Assembly (NCBI RefSeq): GCF_964213995.1
Contig: NC_135816.1
Location: 38,130,001 to 38,194,000, forward strand
Origin: Mustelus asterias
Taxonomy: Eukaryota
Length of the DNA stretch: 64,000 nucleotides
Direction: 5' to 3'
The notes beneath the pieces were generated by a model that saw nothing but the letters and a program-made list of their open reading frames with translations, did not search any database and had not been told where the DNA came from. The first letter of the stretch is position 1, and every line of letters begins with the position of its first letter. Positions 1 to 12,810 of this stretch are shown in pieces. A program made the translations under genes and the position numbers.

Positions 1-1760
1 CATTTTTACTCCTATATTCAAATCCCTTTGTAATGAAGGCCAACATACTATTTGCAGCTGCACACTAGCTTAGTGGCTCATGAACAAGAACACTGAGGCT
101 CCTTTGCACATTAACACTTCCTAACGTTTCACCATTTAAGAAATAATCTGCCTTTCTGGTTTTTTTTCTACCAAAGTGAATAATTCCGTACTGATTCACA
201 TTATATTTCATCTGCCATGTTCTTGCCCATTCACTAAGTCTATTCAAATCCCCTTGAAGCCTCCTTGCATCCTCTTCACAACTCACATTCCCTCTTAGTT
301 TTGTGTCATCAGCAAATCTGGAAATATTACAATTGGCCCCGCATCCAAATGATTTTGATGATAGTGAACAGCTGTGTTCACAACTCTTGCTATACTCTTG
401 CCATCCTGAGAATGAGTCATTTCTTCCTACTCTGTTTTCTGTTTATTAACCAATTCTCAATTCATATCAGTATATTTCCCCAATCCCACGTGTTATAATA
501 TTATTTGCTAACCTCTTGTGTGATCCAACACCTTCTGAAAATCCAAATGCACCGCATCCAGTGGTTCTCCTTTATCCATGAAACAAGTAACATTCTCAAG
601 AAACTCTGACATTTTTGTCAAACATGATAGGGTTAAGGTGAGAGGGGAGAGATACAAAAGTGTCCAGAGGGGCAATTTTTTCACACAGAGGGTGGTGAGT
701 GTCTGGAACAAGCTGCCAGAGGTAGTAGTAGAGGCGGGTACAATTTTGGTTTTTAAAAAGCATTTAGACAGTTACATGGGTAAGATGGGTATAGAGGGAT
801 ATGGGCCAAATGCGGGCATTTGGGATTAGCATAGGGGTTTAAAAAAAAAGGCAGCATGGACAAGTTGGGCCAAAGGGCCTGTTTCCATGCAGTAAACCTC
901 TGACTCTATGATTTCCCTTTCATTCATAAATCCATGGTTGACTCTGCCCAATCATATCATTATTTTTCAAGTGTCCAGTTATCCTATGCTTTATAATATT
1001 CTAATATTTTTCCTCCTACTCATGTCAGACAAACAGGACCACAGCTCTCAGTTTTCTCTCTCACTCCCTTCTTAAATAATGGGGTTACATTTACTACTGT
1101 CCAGTCTGCAGGAGCCTTTCCAGGATCTGTGGAATTTTGAAAGATATCCAGAGTTGCATCCATTATCTCTATAGCCACCTCCTGCAACACTGGGATGCAA
1201 CTCATCTGGTCCAAGGGATTTATCAACCTTTAATTAATTTTGAATACTATCTCTTTATTAATATTAATTTCTTTCAGTTCCTCATGTTCACTCATCACTT
1301 GGTTCCCTACGGTTTCTGGAGGATTTTCTGTATCTTCTTCCATGGAGACTGACACAAAGTAATTGTTTAATTTCTCTGCCATTTCCCTCTTTTCCATTAT
1401 AAATTCTCCTGTCTCCACCTGTAATGGACCCGCATTTGTCCGTGCTTATCTTTTCCTTTCCACATACCTAATGAAGCTTTTACAGTCTGCCTTTATATTC
1501 CGCGCTAGCTTGCGTTCATATTTCCTTTAACTTTGTCAGCTTGGTCATCCTTTGCTAAATTCTGAATTGCTCCCAATCTTACCACTTTCCCTGAAAACTT
1601 TATAAGTCATTTCCTTTGATCTAATGCAATCTTTAACTTCTTTTATTATCCATGGTTGATTCCCCCTTCCTCAGGCTTTTTGTGTCTCAGAAGAATATAT
1701 ATTTTTTGAAGACTAAGTAAGACTTCTTCAAATAATTATATTGCCTGTCCACCATCAAAT
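1..1760 (-). mobile_element. Degraded CR1-group LINE ORF2 (RT) fragment, with a nested + strand CR1 3' fragment at ~626-912
   Basis: Minus-strand peptides LQGDLNRLSEWARTWQMKYNV, HLDFQK and DWTVVNVTPLFKKG are CR1 RT motifs, broken by frameshifts. The nested piece encodes NFFTQRVVSVWNKLP and ends in a (ctctatga)-type tail. Confidence 0.85.
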
Positions 1761-1764
1761 CTTT

Positions 1765-2540
1765 TAGCGCAGAATTTCACATGTGACATGCACGTTTGAC
1801 AGACTGAAGTGACTGTGGTTCCCGATCCTACCCAAGATCAATTCAGAATCATGATATTACTCTGGCTGGCCATTTAAGTGGCAGCTGGCATAAATCACAA
1901 GCACATTAGGCCAGCGGCGTCAGCAGAGGCAGGAGTGCAATGGGTGCCATGTCCAATGGCAGCCCATCGCAAAGTTTAAAGGTGGCATGAAGAGGCCACA
2001 GAGGCATCACTTCCTGCAGAATGACCAGCACTGGTAGACACAGCAGGCCGGAGGGGTGTTCTGGGGCCAGCAATAGGATAGCAATGTCCTGTAAGCTCCA
2101 CATTGTGCTGAGTCCAACATAAAAAACAATCTCTCAAAACCCCAAAACACCATCACAATTCATACCTTGAAGTTCCCAACTCCCCATCCAGCATTTGCTC
2201 CATTCCCCTTTTATCCCATTCCCCTTTTGTCCCATTCCCCTTTTATCCCACCCTTGAGTCTGAAAAGTTAAAAAATGGTTGGTCCACCTGCCTTGTGTTT
2301 CCCATGTGCCAATGTTGAAATGGCATGGGACATGTAAAATGTTGGTCAATTGGGGATTTAATCCCCTCAATAAACAGCATAATTGTCAGTAGGCATGCTG
2401 TTGATTGTATCGGCACCCACTGACCAAAATATTGCTTGAGTTTGTGAGGACATTGGGATACATGCATGATATCATCACATGCTTTTTGACGTACTACCAG
2501 ATCAGGTATGTCTGCCCAGCAGATGTAAAATTCTACCCAT
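1765..2540. mobile_element. Putative non-autonomous DNA transposon (MITE) inserted in the CR1
   Basis: Imperfect inverted termini GCGCAGAATTT ... AAATTCTACCC; it interrupts the CR1 remnant, which resumes after ~2540; no coding capacity. Confidence 0.45.
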
Positions 2541-2865
2541 AATGTATTTTCCAATCCACCATATTTAACTTGCCCCTCATATCTTCATAATTTAATTTGT
2601 TCAGATTTAGAGCCCGAGTTTCAGAATGAACTGTATCACTTCCAATCTTAATGTAAAACTCCATCATATTATGGTCACTAATTCCTAAAGATTCCTTTAC
2701 GACAAGGTTATTGATCAGTTCTTTCTAATGAGATAATGCTAAATCCCCAGATTTAGTAATCCCCAGATGGTTCCTCAAAGTACTGCTCCAGAAACCCATT
2801 TTGTACACACAGCAGGAAAGCATTTTCCATTGCATTAGTGCTAATTAGGTTTATCCAGTCTATAT

Positions 2866-3178
2866 CATAGAATCCCTAAGGTACAGTAGGAGGCCATTCG
2901 ACCCATCGAGTCTGCACCGACCACAATCCCACCCAGGTTCTAAGCCCATATCCCTACTTATTTACCCTATTAACTCCCGACACTAAGGAGCAATTTAGCT
3001 TGGTCAATCAACCTAACCCACAGATCTTTGGAGTATGGGAGGAAACCGGAGCAACCGGAGGAAACCCATGCAAACGCAGGGAGAATGTGCAAACGCCACA
3101 CACACAGTGACCCAAGCCAGGAATCGAACCCGTGTCCCTGGCGCTGTGAGGCAGCAGTACTTGCCACTGTGCCGCCCA
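2866..3178 (-). mobile_element. tRNA-derived V-SINE (HE1-like) with CR1-type tail
   Basis: Reverse complement reads GGCGGCACAGTGGC..CTGCTGCCTCACAGCGCCAGGGAC..GGTTCGATTCC (A/B boxes), followed by the V-domain GGGTTTCCTCCGGTTGCTCCGGTTTCCTCCC. Confidence 0.85.
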
Positions 3179-3562
3179 TTATTGAAGTTGCCCTTTTTTA
3201 TATTACCATTATTACATACAAACTTTTAAAGCTACTGATAGTGATTTAATTCCTGTGAAATGCAATGTATTAATTTAACTTGCATCATTTACTTAAAATT
3301 ATTCTTGGTAATATTTGTGTACATGCCTATTTTCAGATTTATTAAACTTTCAGTGAATTTTATATAACTGAACTGTCATATGTTTTACTGCACAGTTTTC
3401 TTCTTCTTTACAAGGAGGTGAGTCCTTCTCAAATTTAATTCTAAAATCATTGTCAACTTTATTGTAACTCACTCAAGTATGCTTTATTGTTTATGAGACA
3501 CAATATGCATAGAAGAAAGGAGAATTAGAATTCTTTCAAGTGGAATAGATAAAGGGGAACCC

Positions 3563-4545
3563 AGCTCATGGACATCACTGCAGGAGTTCCTCAGGGTAGT
3601 GTCCTAGGCCCATCCATCTTCAGCTGCTTCATCGATGACCTTCCTTCCATCATAAGGTCAGAAGCGGGGATGTTCTTTGACAATTGCAAAATGTTTAGCA
3701 CCATTCACAACTCCTCAGGTACTGGAGGTGTCCATGTACAAAGGTAGCAAGACCTGGACAATGTCCAGGATTGGGCTGATAAGCAGCAAGTAACATTTGC
3801 ACCATACAAGTGTCAGGTAATGACCATCGCCAACAAATGAGAATCCAACCATCTCTCCCTGACATTCAATGCCATTACCATTGCTGAATACCCCACTATT
3901 AACATTCTGGAGGTTACCACTGACTGAAACTGAAGTGGACTAGCAATATAAATATTGTGGTTACAAGAGCAGGTCAGAGACTGGGAATCCTGTGGTGAGT
4001 AACTCCCCTCCTGACTCCCAAAAGACTGACCACCATCTACAAGGCACAAGTCAGGGGACGGGTACTCTCCACTTGCCTGGATGAGCGCAGCTCCAACAGC
4101 ATTCAAGAAGCTCAACACCATCCAGGACAAAGCAGTCCACTTGATTGGGACCCCATCCACCACCTTCAACATCCACTCCTTCCATCACCAACACACAGTG
4201 GCCACCGTGTGCACCATCTACAAGCTGCACTGCAGCAACTCACCAAAGTTCCTTTCACAGCACCTTCCAAGCCTGTGACCGCCACCACTTAGAATGACAA
4301 GGGCAACAAATTAATGGTGACACCACCACCACATTTCCCCTCAAGTCACACACCATTCAGACTTGGAGCTTTATCATCATTCCTTTGCTGTAGCTGGGTC
4401 AAAATCTTGGAACTCCCTTCCTCAGAGTACTGTGAGTGTGTCTGCACCTCAGGAACTGCAGCAGTTCAAGAAGGAAGCTCATCGCCACCTTCTCAAGGGC
4501 AACTAGTGATAGACCTAGACAGTACAACCCACATCCCATGAAGAA
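3563..4545 (+). mobile_element. CR1/L2-group LINE 3' fragment
   Basis: Translates DITAGVPQGSVLGPSIFSCFIDDLPSII and LNTIQDKAVHLIG; same family as 49120-51190. Confidence 0.8.
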
Positions 4546-4554
4546 AAAAAAAAT

Positions 4555-5570
4555 TCAGGTCAATGACCTTTTATCAGAATTGAAAATGGCTAGGGACCTA
4601 ACAAGTTTGTAGCAGGTACAAAGGCAAAGTAAAGGGGATAGGGGAAGAAAGAACAAAAGGGAAGCTCTATAGTTGAGTGGCAGGCAAGGCAAGGCAAAAT
4701 GACAAAAGGGACAGTGGTGTAGGGCAAATGTGCATGATAAAAGAAGGGTCCAGAGGCAACAGCAGAATCATCATCAACAGTGATGGTTATGATTTGAAAT
4801 TGTTGAGCTCAATGTTGAGTCAGGAGGGCTGTAAATGCCTAATCAAAAGATGCGGCATTGTTCCTTGAGCTTCATTAGAACAAACAGGGGGCCAAGGACA
4901 AGGTGGAGTGGGGTCGAGGATTAAAATGACAGACAACCTGACATTCAGGGTCACACACTGATTGGTGGTACCATACAAGGTGACCATCCCATTAGCATTT
5001 GGTTTCCCCAATGTAGAGGGAACGATCTTGTGAGCAGTGAATACTGTATATTAAAAGAAGTACACTTGAACTACTCTTTCCCCTGAAGGAAGTGTTCAGG
5101 GCCTTGGAGGGTGGAAAGGGAGGCGCTGTGACTCTTGTCCTTGCACACAAAGGTATTCTGGGAAGGAGAGGGCCTGTTTGGGGAGGCTTGATTGAAGACT
5201 GAGGGAACAGTCTTTTCAGAATACTGAAAATGGAGGAGAGGGTATTACATTTGAGATGGTGTATTGAATATGAAAGCTGGTGGGTTGTAAGATGAGGACA
5301 ATGGGTTCCTTACCATGGTTCTGGGAGGGAGAAGAACAGGTGAGGGTAGAAATTCAGGAATTGGATGGGCAAGTAAATGACTGCCTTTTATTTGTTCCAT
5401 TATCGTCCCCTTTAATTTCTCCTGCCTTCCACCCTGTCACAGGTCTTCCATTTTGATCTTTCCTCTGCTTCCCCAGTTCCTTGCCTGCGTACTTTTGAAA
5501 ATCTGTTGCATCTCTAACTCCTGTCTGGCCTGCTGAGTATTTCCAGCATTTCCTGTTTTTAGTTCAGAAT
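4555..5570 (-). mobile_element. Old Penelope-like element remnant (GIY-YIG region) with an inverted terminal piece
   Basis: Minus strand near 5020 reads LYIGETK. The + strand at ~5520-5570 (CCTGCTGAGTATTTCCAGCATTTCCTG) matches the element end seen at 45320-45350. Confidence 0.55.
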
Positions 5571-6009
5571 TCTCCCTCTGAACATAAAAGGAATTCAGTA
5601 AACCACCATGATCTATGAACTATGAAGATTTCAGACTGAAACGGAAAGCAGGTATAAAAATAACTCAAGAATATCAGTGGCTTTAACAAAATATGTTTTG
5701 AATGTTATCTCTAATTTCAAACTTTATCCTGAGTTTTTCCGTGATCAACATTACAATTCCCAATAATTGCTGGGTAGACAGCTCTGTAATCAGGCGTTTG
5801 GTAAATGATTGCTTTGTATCATCTTTGTACTCAGTAATTACAATATTTTTCCCTTCTTTATTTACAAAGTAGCAGTAGTGACCTCAATTAAATATATCAA
5901 ACCACACAGAGATGTGTGTATACAATGGATAGGAAGCATAGAAGAATGAATCCATTATAGCTTTCTTTTTGGAGGTGAATATTGTTCTAAAAGCCAGCTC
6001 TCTGACCAC

Positions 6010-6375
6010 AGTTTTCAGAATTGGCAAATGATTGACAAATGAAGTTCAACATAGATGAATGTGAGGGAGTACATTTTGATCGGAAGAATAGGAAGGTCAT
6101 TTATTACCTGGAAGGTGCAAGTTTAGGTGAGGTAGAGGAGCAAAGGGAGTACAAATACATCAATCATTCAATCATCAAAAGTTGCACCACATGCTAGCAA
6201 GACTGTAAAAATGCAAACCAAGCGTTGAGCTTTATTTCTAGAGGAATAGAATTGAAAAGTAAGAAAGTTATGCTAAGCCTGTACTGAACCTCGGCTAAAC
6301 CACGAGTACTGTCTGCAGTTCTGATCACCATAAAAAGGATATGGAGAGTGTGCAGAGAATGTTTACAGGAATGAG
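6010..6375 (+). mobile_element. Degraded CR1 fragment
   Basis: Remnants of WQMKFNI, LGFISRGIELKSKKVMLSLY and MESVQRMFTGM. Confidence 0.7.
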
Positions 6376-6967
6376 ATACATAATTTGCTTTTATCTAAGC
6401 ATAATTTTCAGTTCATCCAAAAGTCAACTACCTTTACCCAAACTTCCCATCATCCCTGTACTTGCCGATTACATTCGTTCCCAGTCCAGCAGTATCAAAA
6501 ATTTAAAATTGTTATCCCTATATACAAATCACTCCACGACTGTGGCCTCCTCAACTCGGAAAGCTCCCACAGACTTACAACTCTTCACCATCTCTGCAGA
6601 CCTCCAATTCTGATGCTGCATATTTCTGATTTCCATTGTATCACCATTGATGGCTGTGCATTCAGCTACCAAGATCCTAAGCTCTGGGATTCCCTCCCTG
6701 AACCTCTTTTACTGCTCTCATCTCTTTTAAGGTGGTCTTTACTTTTTTAAGGTGAAAAAAATACCTTTTTAAGCATGTTTTGGACACTCTGCCCCCTAAT
6801 ATATTATGCACGTCAATATCAACCTTCCTGTGACACCACTCCGATGAAGTATCTTGGCCTGTTTTCTGAAGTTAAATGTATGGTATAAATGCACACTGTT
6901 TTTGTGCAATGGAAAATTATGAACATAGTTTCCATTTTAAATCTCTTTTAGAAGAAGTTCATTCTTC

Positions 6968-7317
6968 GGCGGCACGGTAGCACAGTGGTTAGCACTGCTG
7001 CTTCACAGCTCCAGGGACCTGGGTTCGATTCCCGGCTTGGGTCACTGTCTGTGTGGAGTTTGCACATTCTCCTCGTGTCTGCGTGGGTTTCCTCCGGGTG
7101 CTCCGGTTTCCTCCCACAGTCCAAAGATGTGCGGGTTAGGTTGATTGGCCATGCTAAAATTTCCCCTTAGTGTCCTGGGATGTGTAGATTAGAGGGATTA
7201 GTGGGTAAAATGTGTGGGGATATGGGGGTGGGGCCTGGGTGGGATTGTGGTCGGTGCAGACTCGATGGGCCGAATGGCCTCTTTCTGTACTGTAGGGTTT
7301 CTATGATTTCTTCTATG
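6968..7317 (+). mobile_element. V-SINE (HE1-like), CR1-type tail
   Basis: GGCGGCACGGTAGCACAGTGGTTAGCACTGCTG head, GGTTCGATTCC B box, V-domain, tail GATGGGCCGAATGGCCTC..TTCTATGA. Confidence 0.9.
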
Positions 7318-7399
7318 AAATGAAATCAAGTATGAATTCAAATGAAGCTCAGAAATAGGAAACTATTCATCAAACATTAATTCATAACCTTTATTTAAA

Positions 7400-7706
7400 G
7401 TTTATTTATTATTAGTGTCACAAGTAGGCTTACATTAACACTGCAATGAAGTTACTGTGAAAATCCCCTAGTCGCCATATTCCAGCACCTGTTCAGGTAC
7501 ACTGAGGGAGAATTTAGCATGGCCAATGCACATAACCAGCACGTCTTTTGGACTGTGGGAGGAAACCAGAGCACCCAGCGGAAATCCACACAGACATTGG
7601 GAGAACACGTAAACTCTGCACACGGAGTGACACAAGCCAGAAATTGAACTTGGGTCCCTAGTGCTGTGAGGCAGCAGTGCTAACCACTGTGCCACCGTGC
7701 TGCCCT
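7400..7706 (-). mobile_element. V-SINE with alternative 3' tail
   Basis: Same head and V-domain; tail is TTCACAGTAACTTCATTGCAGTGTTAATGTAAGCCTACTTGTGAC..AATAA, as at 20090-20385 and 42926-43200. Confidence 0.85.
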
Positions 7707-8299
7707 TACACTGCCAGCTAATAAGTAAGATTAGTGTCACAAAAGCAAAACTGTGTCACTTTTCCACAACTTTGTATACTTTGATAAGTAAAGACTACAA
7801 GTGGAACATGTTTACTTTGATTTGATGCTGAAATAAGGAGCTTTAAGGTAACAAGGCCTTACACTATAGTGTTTGGTCTAAAAATCTGAAAGACACTGAC
7901 ACTTTTTTAAACAAAAATCAGTTTACAAATTTTCTTTGCAGTCACACGAATGTCTTCTTTCCTCATTTTAAAAGTTAAAAAGATAGGGAAATATTACAAT
8001 CATGGTGTTATTTTCTTGAAGCATACTGTAGTTCATCCCATAATTACTTATTAACTTGTACTGAAAAGAAGCCTTCCAGAATATGTACAGCCATTTCTGC
8101 TTAATAGAAATGTGTACATCTAGTGAGAGAGGATTTGATTTTTTTGAAAAATGGAAGTAAGCTTTTGTCAAGTTGTTCTTTTGTTGTGTAGCTCCTCTGC
8201 TGGGCACTATATTTTCTCTTGGAGCTGGTCGATTGAAAGACTGGACCATTATGAAAGGTGATATTCTGACTGGGACCAGCACCGTGTTCATTTGTCAGA

Positions 8300-9210
8300 G
8301 GTATTACAGCATAGGAGGAGGCCATTCAGCCCATTGAGTACATGCTAACTCTCTAGATCAATCCAGTCAGCGCCATTTTTATCCCATACCCCGGCTCTAT
8401 CCCTGTAGCCCTGCAAGTTTATTTCCCTCAAGTGAAATTCAATTTCCTTTTGAAATCACAGATCCGCTTTCACTGCCCTCCTATGTCCAGTTCCAGGTCA
8501 TTACCACTTGCTGCGCAAAAAAGGTCATCCTCATGTTCCCCCTTTGTCTAAGAGCATACGAAATAGGAGCAAGTGTAGACCATAATGCTCCCGTGAGTCT
8601 GTTCCACCATTCAACATGATCCTGACTGATCCTCTGTCTTAACCCCACTTTTCTACCCATTCCCTGAGCGACAAAAACCTTTCTATCTCAGACTTAAAGA
8701 CAATGTTGGACATTCGCAATCATAGGATCATAGAATCAGTGCAGAAGAGGCCATTCATCCCATCAAGTCTGCACCAACTCTCTGACAGAGTGCTTACCCA
8801 GGCCCTCTCCCCCACCCTATCCCTGTAACCCCACACATTTACCATGGCTTATCTATCTAACTTTGGGACACTAAGGGGCAATTTAGCATGGCCAATCCAC
8901 GTGACCTGCACATCTTTGGACTGTGGGAGGAAACCGGAGCACCCACAGGAAACCCACAAAGACACAAGGAGAACGTACAAACTCCACACAGTCACCTATG
9001 GCCAGATTTGAACCCGGGTCCACGGAGCGGTGATCCAGCAGTACTAACCAATCTGCCACCCTCTTCTGTAGTGAACATGTCCAAATGTTCTCAACCCTTC
9101 GAGTGAAGAAATTTCTGATGGTCCCCATATCCCGAGCCTGTTCTAAATTCCTCAGCCGGATGAAGCAGCCTTTCATTGTCTACCCTTGTCTATCCCCTTC
9201 AGAATCTTGT
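8300..9210 (-). mobile_element. Nested CR1 3' ends with a V-SINE (~8728-9060)
   Basis: Repeated CR1 3'UTR signature GGAGGCCATTCAGCCCATTGAG, an RNFFTRRVEN remnant, and a SINE V-domain. Confidence 0.7.
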
Positions 9211-9439
9211 ATGGTTGGCACTTTATAAATAAAAGCGCCATCGATTTTTTTTTTCTAAATGTGTTCTGGCAACGCTTGTGCGTCCCCGAATAATATCAAC
9301 AAAAGGGTGCATATGAAAGTGTCTGGAAAAGTGTCATTGTGTTTTGTATGCTTGATATGTTACCGAAAATAATGTTCGGTCTTTCCTAGAGTGTCTCTTT
9401 ACTCAACTGTACACTTTGGTTAGAGCGTATTATTCACGC

Positions 9440-9785
9440 AGTTTGTCATTCCGTGAATGCATGGGTGTTGGTACCTTTCGGTTCACTTTTGCACCACACA
9501 CTATAGAAAAAAAAAATCTCCAATAGTGCATTTCACTGGCGTCCTGGATCTTGAGAAATGGCTCCTCCAGACCGCCGCTTTGCATCAGTTTTCTGCTGAT
9601 GATCAAACCCGGTTCCAGGAACACTGCAATGCCATTTGCTGCACAGTTGATTTCCGGAAAGGCGGTCCTTGTTGTGTCAGATATTTATGCTAATCACGCG
9701 GAGCTCTGCGCTTTTTAATCCACGCCCAGACAGTGCAGATAGAGAATACTATCTGAATCTCTCGTAGAGCGGGACAAAGATAAGG
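9440..9785 (+). promoter_or_regulatory. Putative promoter and non-coding exon 1 of the beta-thymosin gene
   Basis: Local CpG retention, TATA-like ATATTTAT at 9681, strong donor AGG|GTAAGT at 9785/9786. Beta-thymosin genes typically have a non-coding first exon. Confidence 0.5.
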
Positions 9786-10591
9786 GTAAGTAATACTCCC
9801 ACACTCTTGGGTTTTTTTTTCCAACAACCTTCCATTCCTTAACATTGGGATACTGGAGCATCCAAACATTTCTCGAATTTGCACGCATTTGGATTTGAGA
9901 TGCCTTGATATTCGCAATTTTTTGCAGTTTTGCTGAGCAATCATATCCTTTATTAAAATTAGTAACGGATGAAGGTGCGAGATTATTTAGACAAAGGCGT
10001 GTGTGAATCTTCGGGGCGAATCGTTGAGGGGTTGAAAATTAAATGGGGATTTGCAAATTTTGGAAAATTGAGTAAGACTGCTTAATTTCAAATTCTGGGT
10101 GTTGGAACGTTTCCTTTTGTTTAAACTGTTTGATTGTCAAATTCAGAGTTATATGAAATTCAACCGCCTAATCCTCTTATTGATTTTATTTTTTAAACAA
10201 TAATACCAAAAACTTGAATGAATGTCTTTCAGTAGGGCGGCTCCCATTGACCACAATGCTAAACAGTGGAATTAACGTGATCTTAATGCAATCTCTGGGA
10301 GGAAAAATCTGCAGAGAAAATTTATTGGACATTAGCGAAACCTGATGTTAAAATTTCTGTTTTCCAGTAATAAGCGCTTGTAGTTTTCGATACAGTTTCA
10401 TGCCGTGCTTCGTTGAGCATTAATATGCTGGTCGTTTTTATTGGTGAAACTCCCGCAGTTTCTTGCACAAAGAGAACATATTTGAAATAATATTCAAGGC
10501 TAAATGGTTCACACTATTTGCTAGTGTGTGCATTGTATTCCCAATAACTGACTTTATCTGCCGCATTGCACTGCACAGTCTTTGATAGTGA

Positions 10592-10771
<180 letters not shown>

Positions 10772-11012
10772 TGATACTATTGTGAAGCATAATTATAAAT
10801 TGCTACCATTTGGCATGAAATAATGTGAAGTGTACATAATTGTTGTTTAATACTGCAGAATATTGTAATGTCTGATATAATGGGTTGTGTCCGGACGCAT
10901 GTGTATAATTTTATTTTACTCGGAAGGTTATTGTTATCGAAACCCCGCAGAGGCAGTTGAAATTAGATTGCATGGGTTTTGCTAATAGATTGGTTTCTTT
11001 TTTTTGTTTCAG

Positions 11013-11050
11013 CAATTGAAGAGGAAAAGAGGCAAGAATCAGCTTCATGA
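11013..11050 (+). CDS. Beta-thymosin, coding exon 2 (protein 45 aa in total)
   Basis: Acceptor TTTTTGTTTCAG; completes TIEEEKRQESAS*; AATAAA at 11349-11354. Confidence 0.93.
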
Positions 11051-11715
11051 ATGTGAAATGGAGGGGATGCAACTTTTATTTTTTTTAAGTTGACTGGTTT
11101 TTGTTTCAAACCCTTACTGCTCACTGACTTGCGAATGGGAGTCTGTTGTAGCATCCAGTCCACTCCCAAGATGGGGACTACTCCCTGTATTGCACCAAGG
11201 GACCAACTTATCAATAATGGTGTTTGGACCATACCGTGATAGGAAACAATGTATCTGCGCACTAAATACGTGAAGTTGGTTTTATTTTATTTGTGTATTT
11301 AAAATCCATTTTCCATGGACACTTCTATGCTTAACATGTTACAAAACTAATAAAAAACCAATGAAATAACGCAGTGTGTGGAATAGTTCAGATTTTTTTC
11401 TTGCCCTTTCTCATCCCAAGAAATCTCTACAGGTAATTAGTAAAATCCATTTAGGGTTCTTTTCATTAAAATCTCCCAAATGAACTGATGCATCTGATAA
11501 ATGTTGTACCTATCTTAGGGACACTACTTGAATCAATATTGTAGTAATTTACTAGCATTTATTTTAGAATTTTACCAACTGTTAAAGAGATGAGACCACA
11601 GTCAAATGGCTGGGTAAAAGTTATTTTTTGAATCTTTAACAGCATTTTCAATTAATTAATTTTCATATTAACATAGACCTGCAATTAAAATGATGTATGG
11701 TGGTCCTCCATAGTA

Positions 11716-12810
11716 GGTTGCATCTGTTAGAAGCCTATGTTTTACATTCTGTTTGAGTTATAAATCATTTTTGATCCCAACTCTGTGATGCTACTTATTA
11801 TCCCCAAACTGAGGCCAGGTAATCTGTTCCCAGCCATTTGCAGGACAACTCGACTAATGATTTCTCCTCACTCCCAGAGGAATAATCTCAAACTATAACA
11901 GTGAAGATTAAATATTATTGGTACAAGTTTGTATCCTGTTTTCAGACTGTAATATTACAACTTCAATGTATTATAGTGTTTAATGTAGTTGTTCTTTCAT
12001 ATAATTGTAACAAATAATGCTTGGGTTCTTGATAGTCTAAATAAATAGAGTATTGTCTGGTATAGCTCTAAAAGTGCTATAAATCCTCCTTTAATGTATG
12101 AAAATTTCTGATTAATCTCCTAAAGAATCTATCATTGATTTAAATAGTTACTATGCACATAATTCAGATTCATTTTGGGAATCGCTTTTGTCCAGTACAA
12201 AACATAAATGGCTTAATTCAGTCATTATTGTAATTTGTCACTACTGAATCGTTTTAATCAAAATGTTAGTTCTGGCCTGCCAGTAGCATTTAAAAGGCTA
12301 TTGTAACAGAAAGTGTGATGGTCTTTTTGCTTCCAATTCCTAAAGAACATTTTAAATTCAATTCTTCCAGAAGGCACCATTTTTAGATGGATACTTCCTA
12401 TAGAATTGCACCTTTTTTCCAAATAACCATTTTGTACATTTGAAATAAATGGAAGTTGCATCAGTTAGAAGTCTACATTTTGCTCTATAATTTATTTTTG
12501 ACCTCAACTGGGTGATGCTACTCATTATTCCCCAAGCTGAGGCCAGGCAATCTGCTCCCAGACATTTGCAAGACAACTCAATGATTTCTTTTCTCCCCAC
12601 TCCCAGAGGGACAAGCTCAAACTATACAGTGAATATTAAATATTATCGATGCAAGCTTGTGTCCTGTTTTCAGACTCCAGTGTTACAATTTCAATGTATT
12701 ATGGTATTTAATCCTTTCATATAATTGTAACAATGCTTACTTGGATTCTTGATAGTATAAATAAATGTTTGCAGTATTGTCTGGTACAACTCTAGAGATC
12801 CTACAAATCA
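11716..12810 (+). repeat. Diverged local direct duplication (~370 bp; 11716-12086 vs 12454-12810)
   Basis: Colinear blocks such as GTGATGCTACTyATTAT, CTGAGGCCAGGyAATCTG, TCCTGTTTTCAGACT and TTTCATATAATTGTAACAA occur in both copies. Confidence 0.85.

Noticed and set aside
6968-7040. tRNA-like sequences at SINE heads
   Set aside because: They have A/B boxes but no cloverleaf and run into SINE bodies; not tRNA genes.
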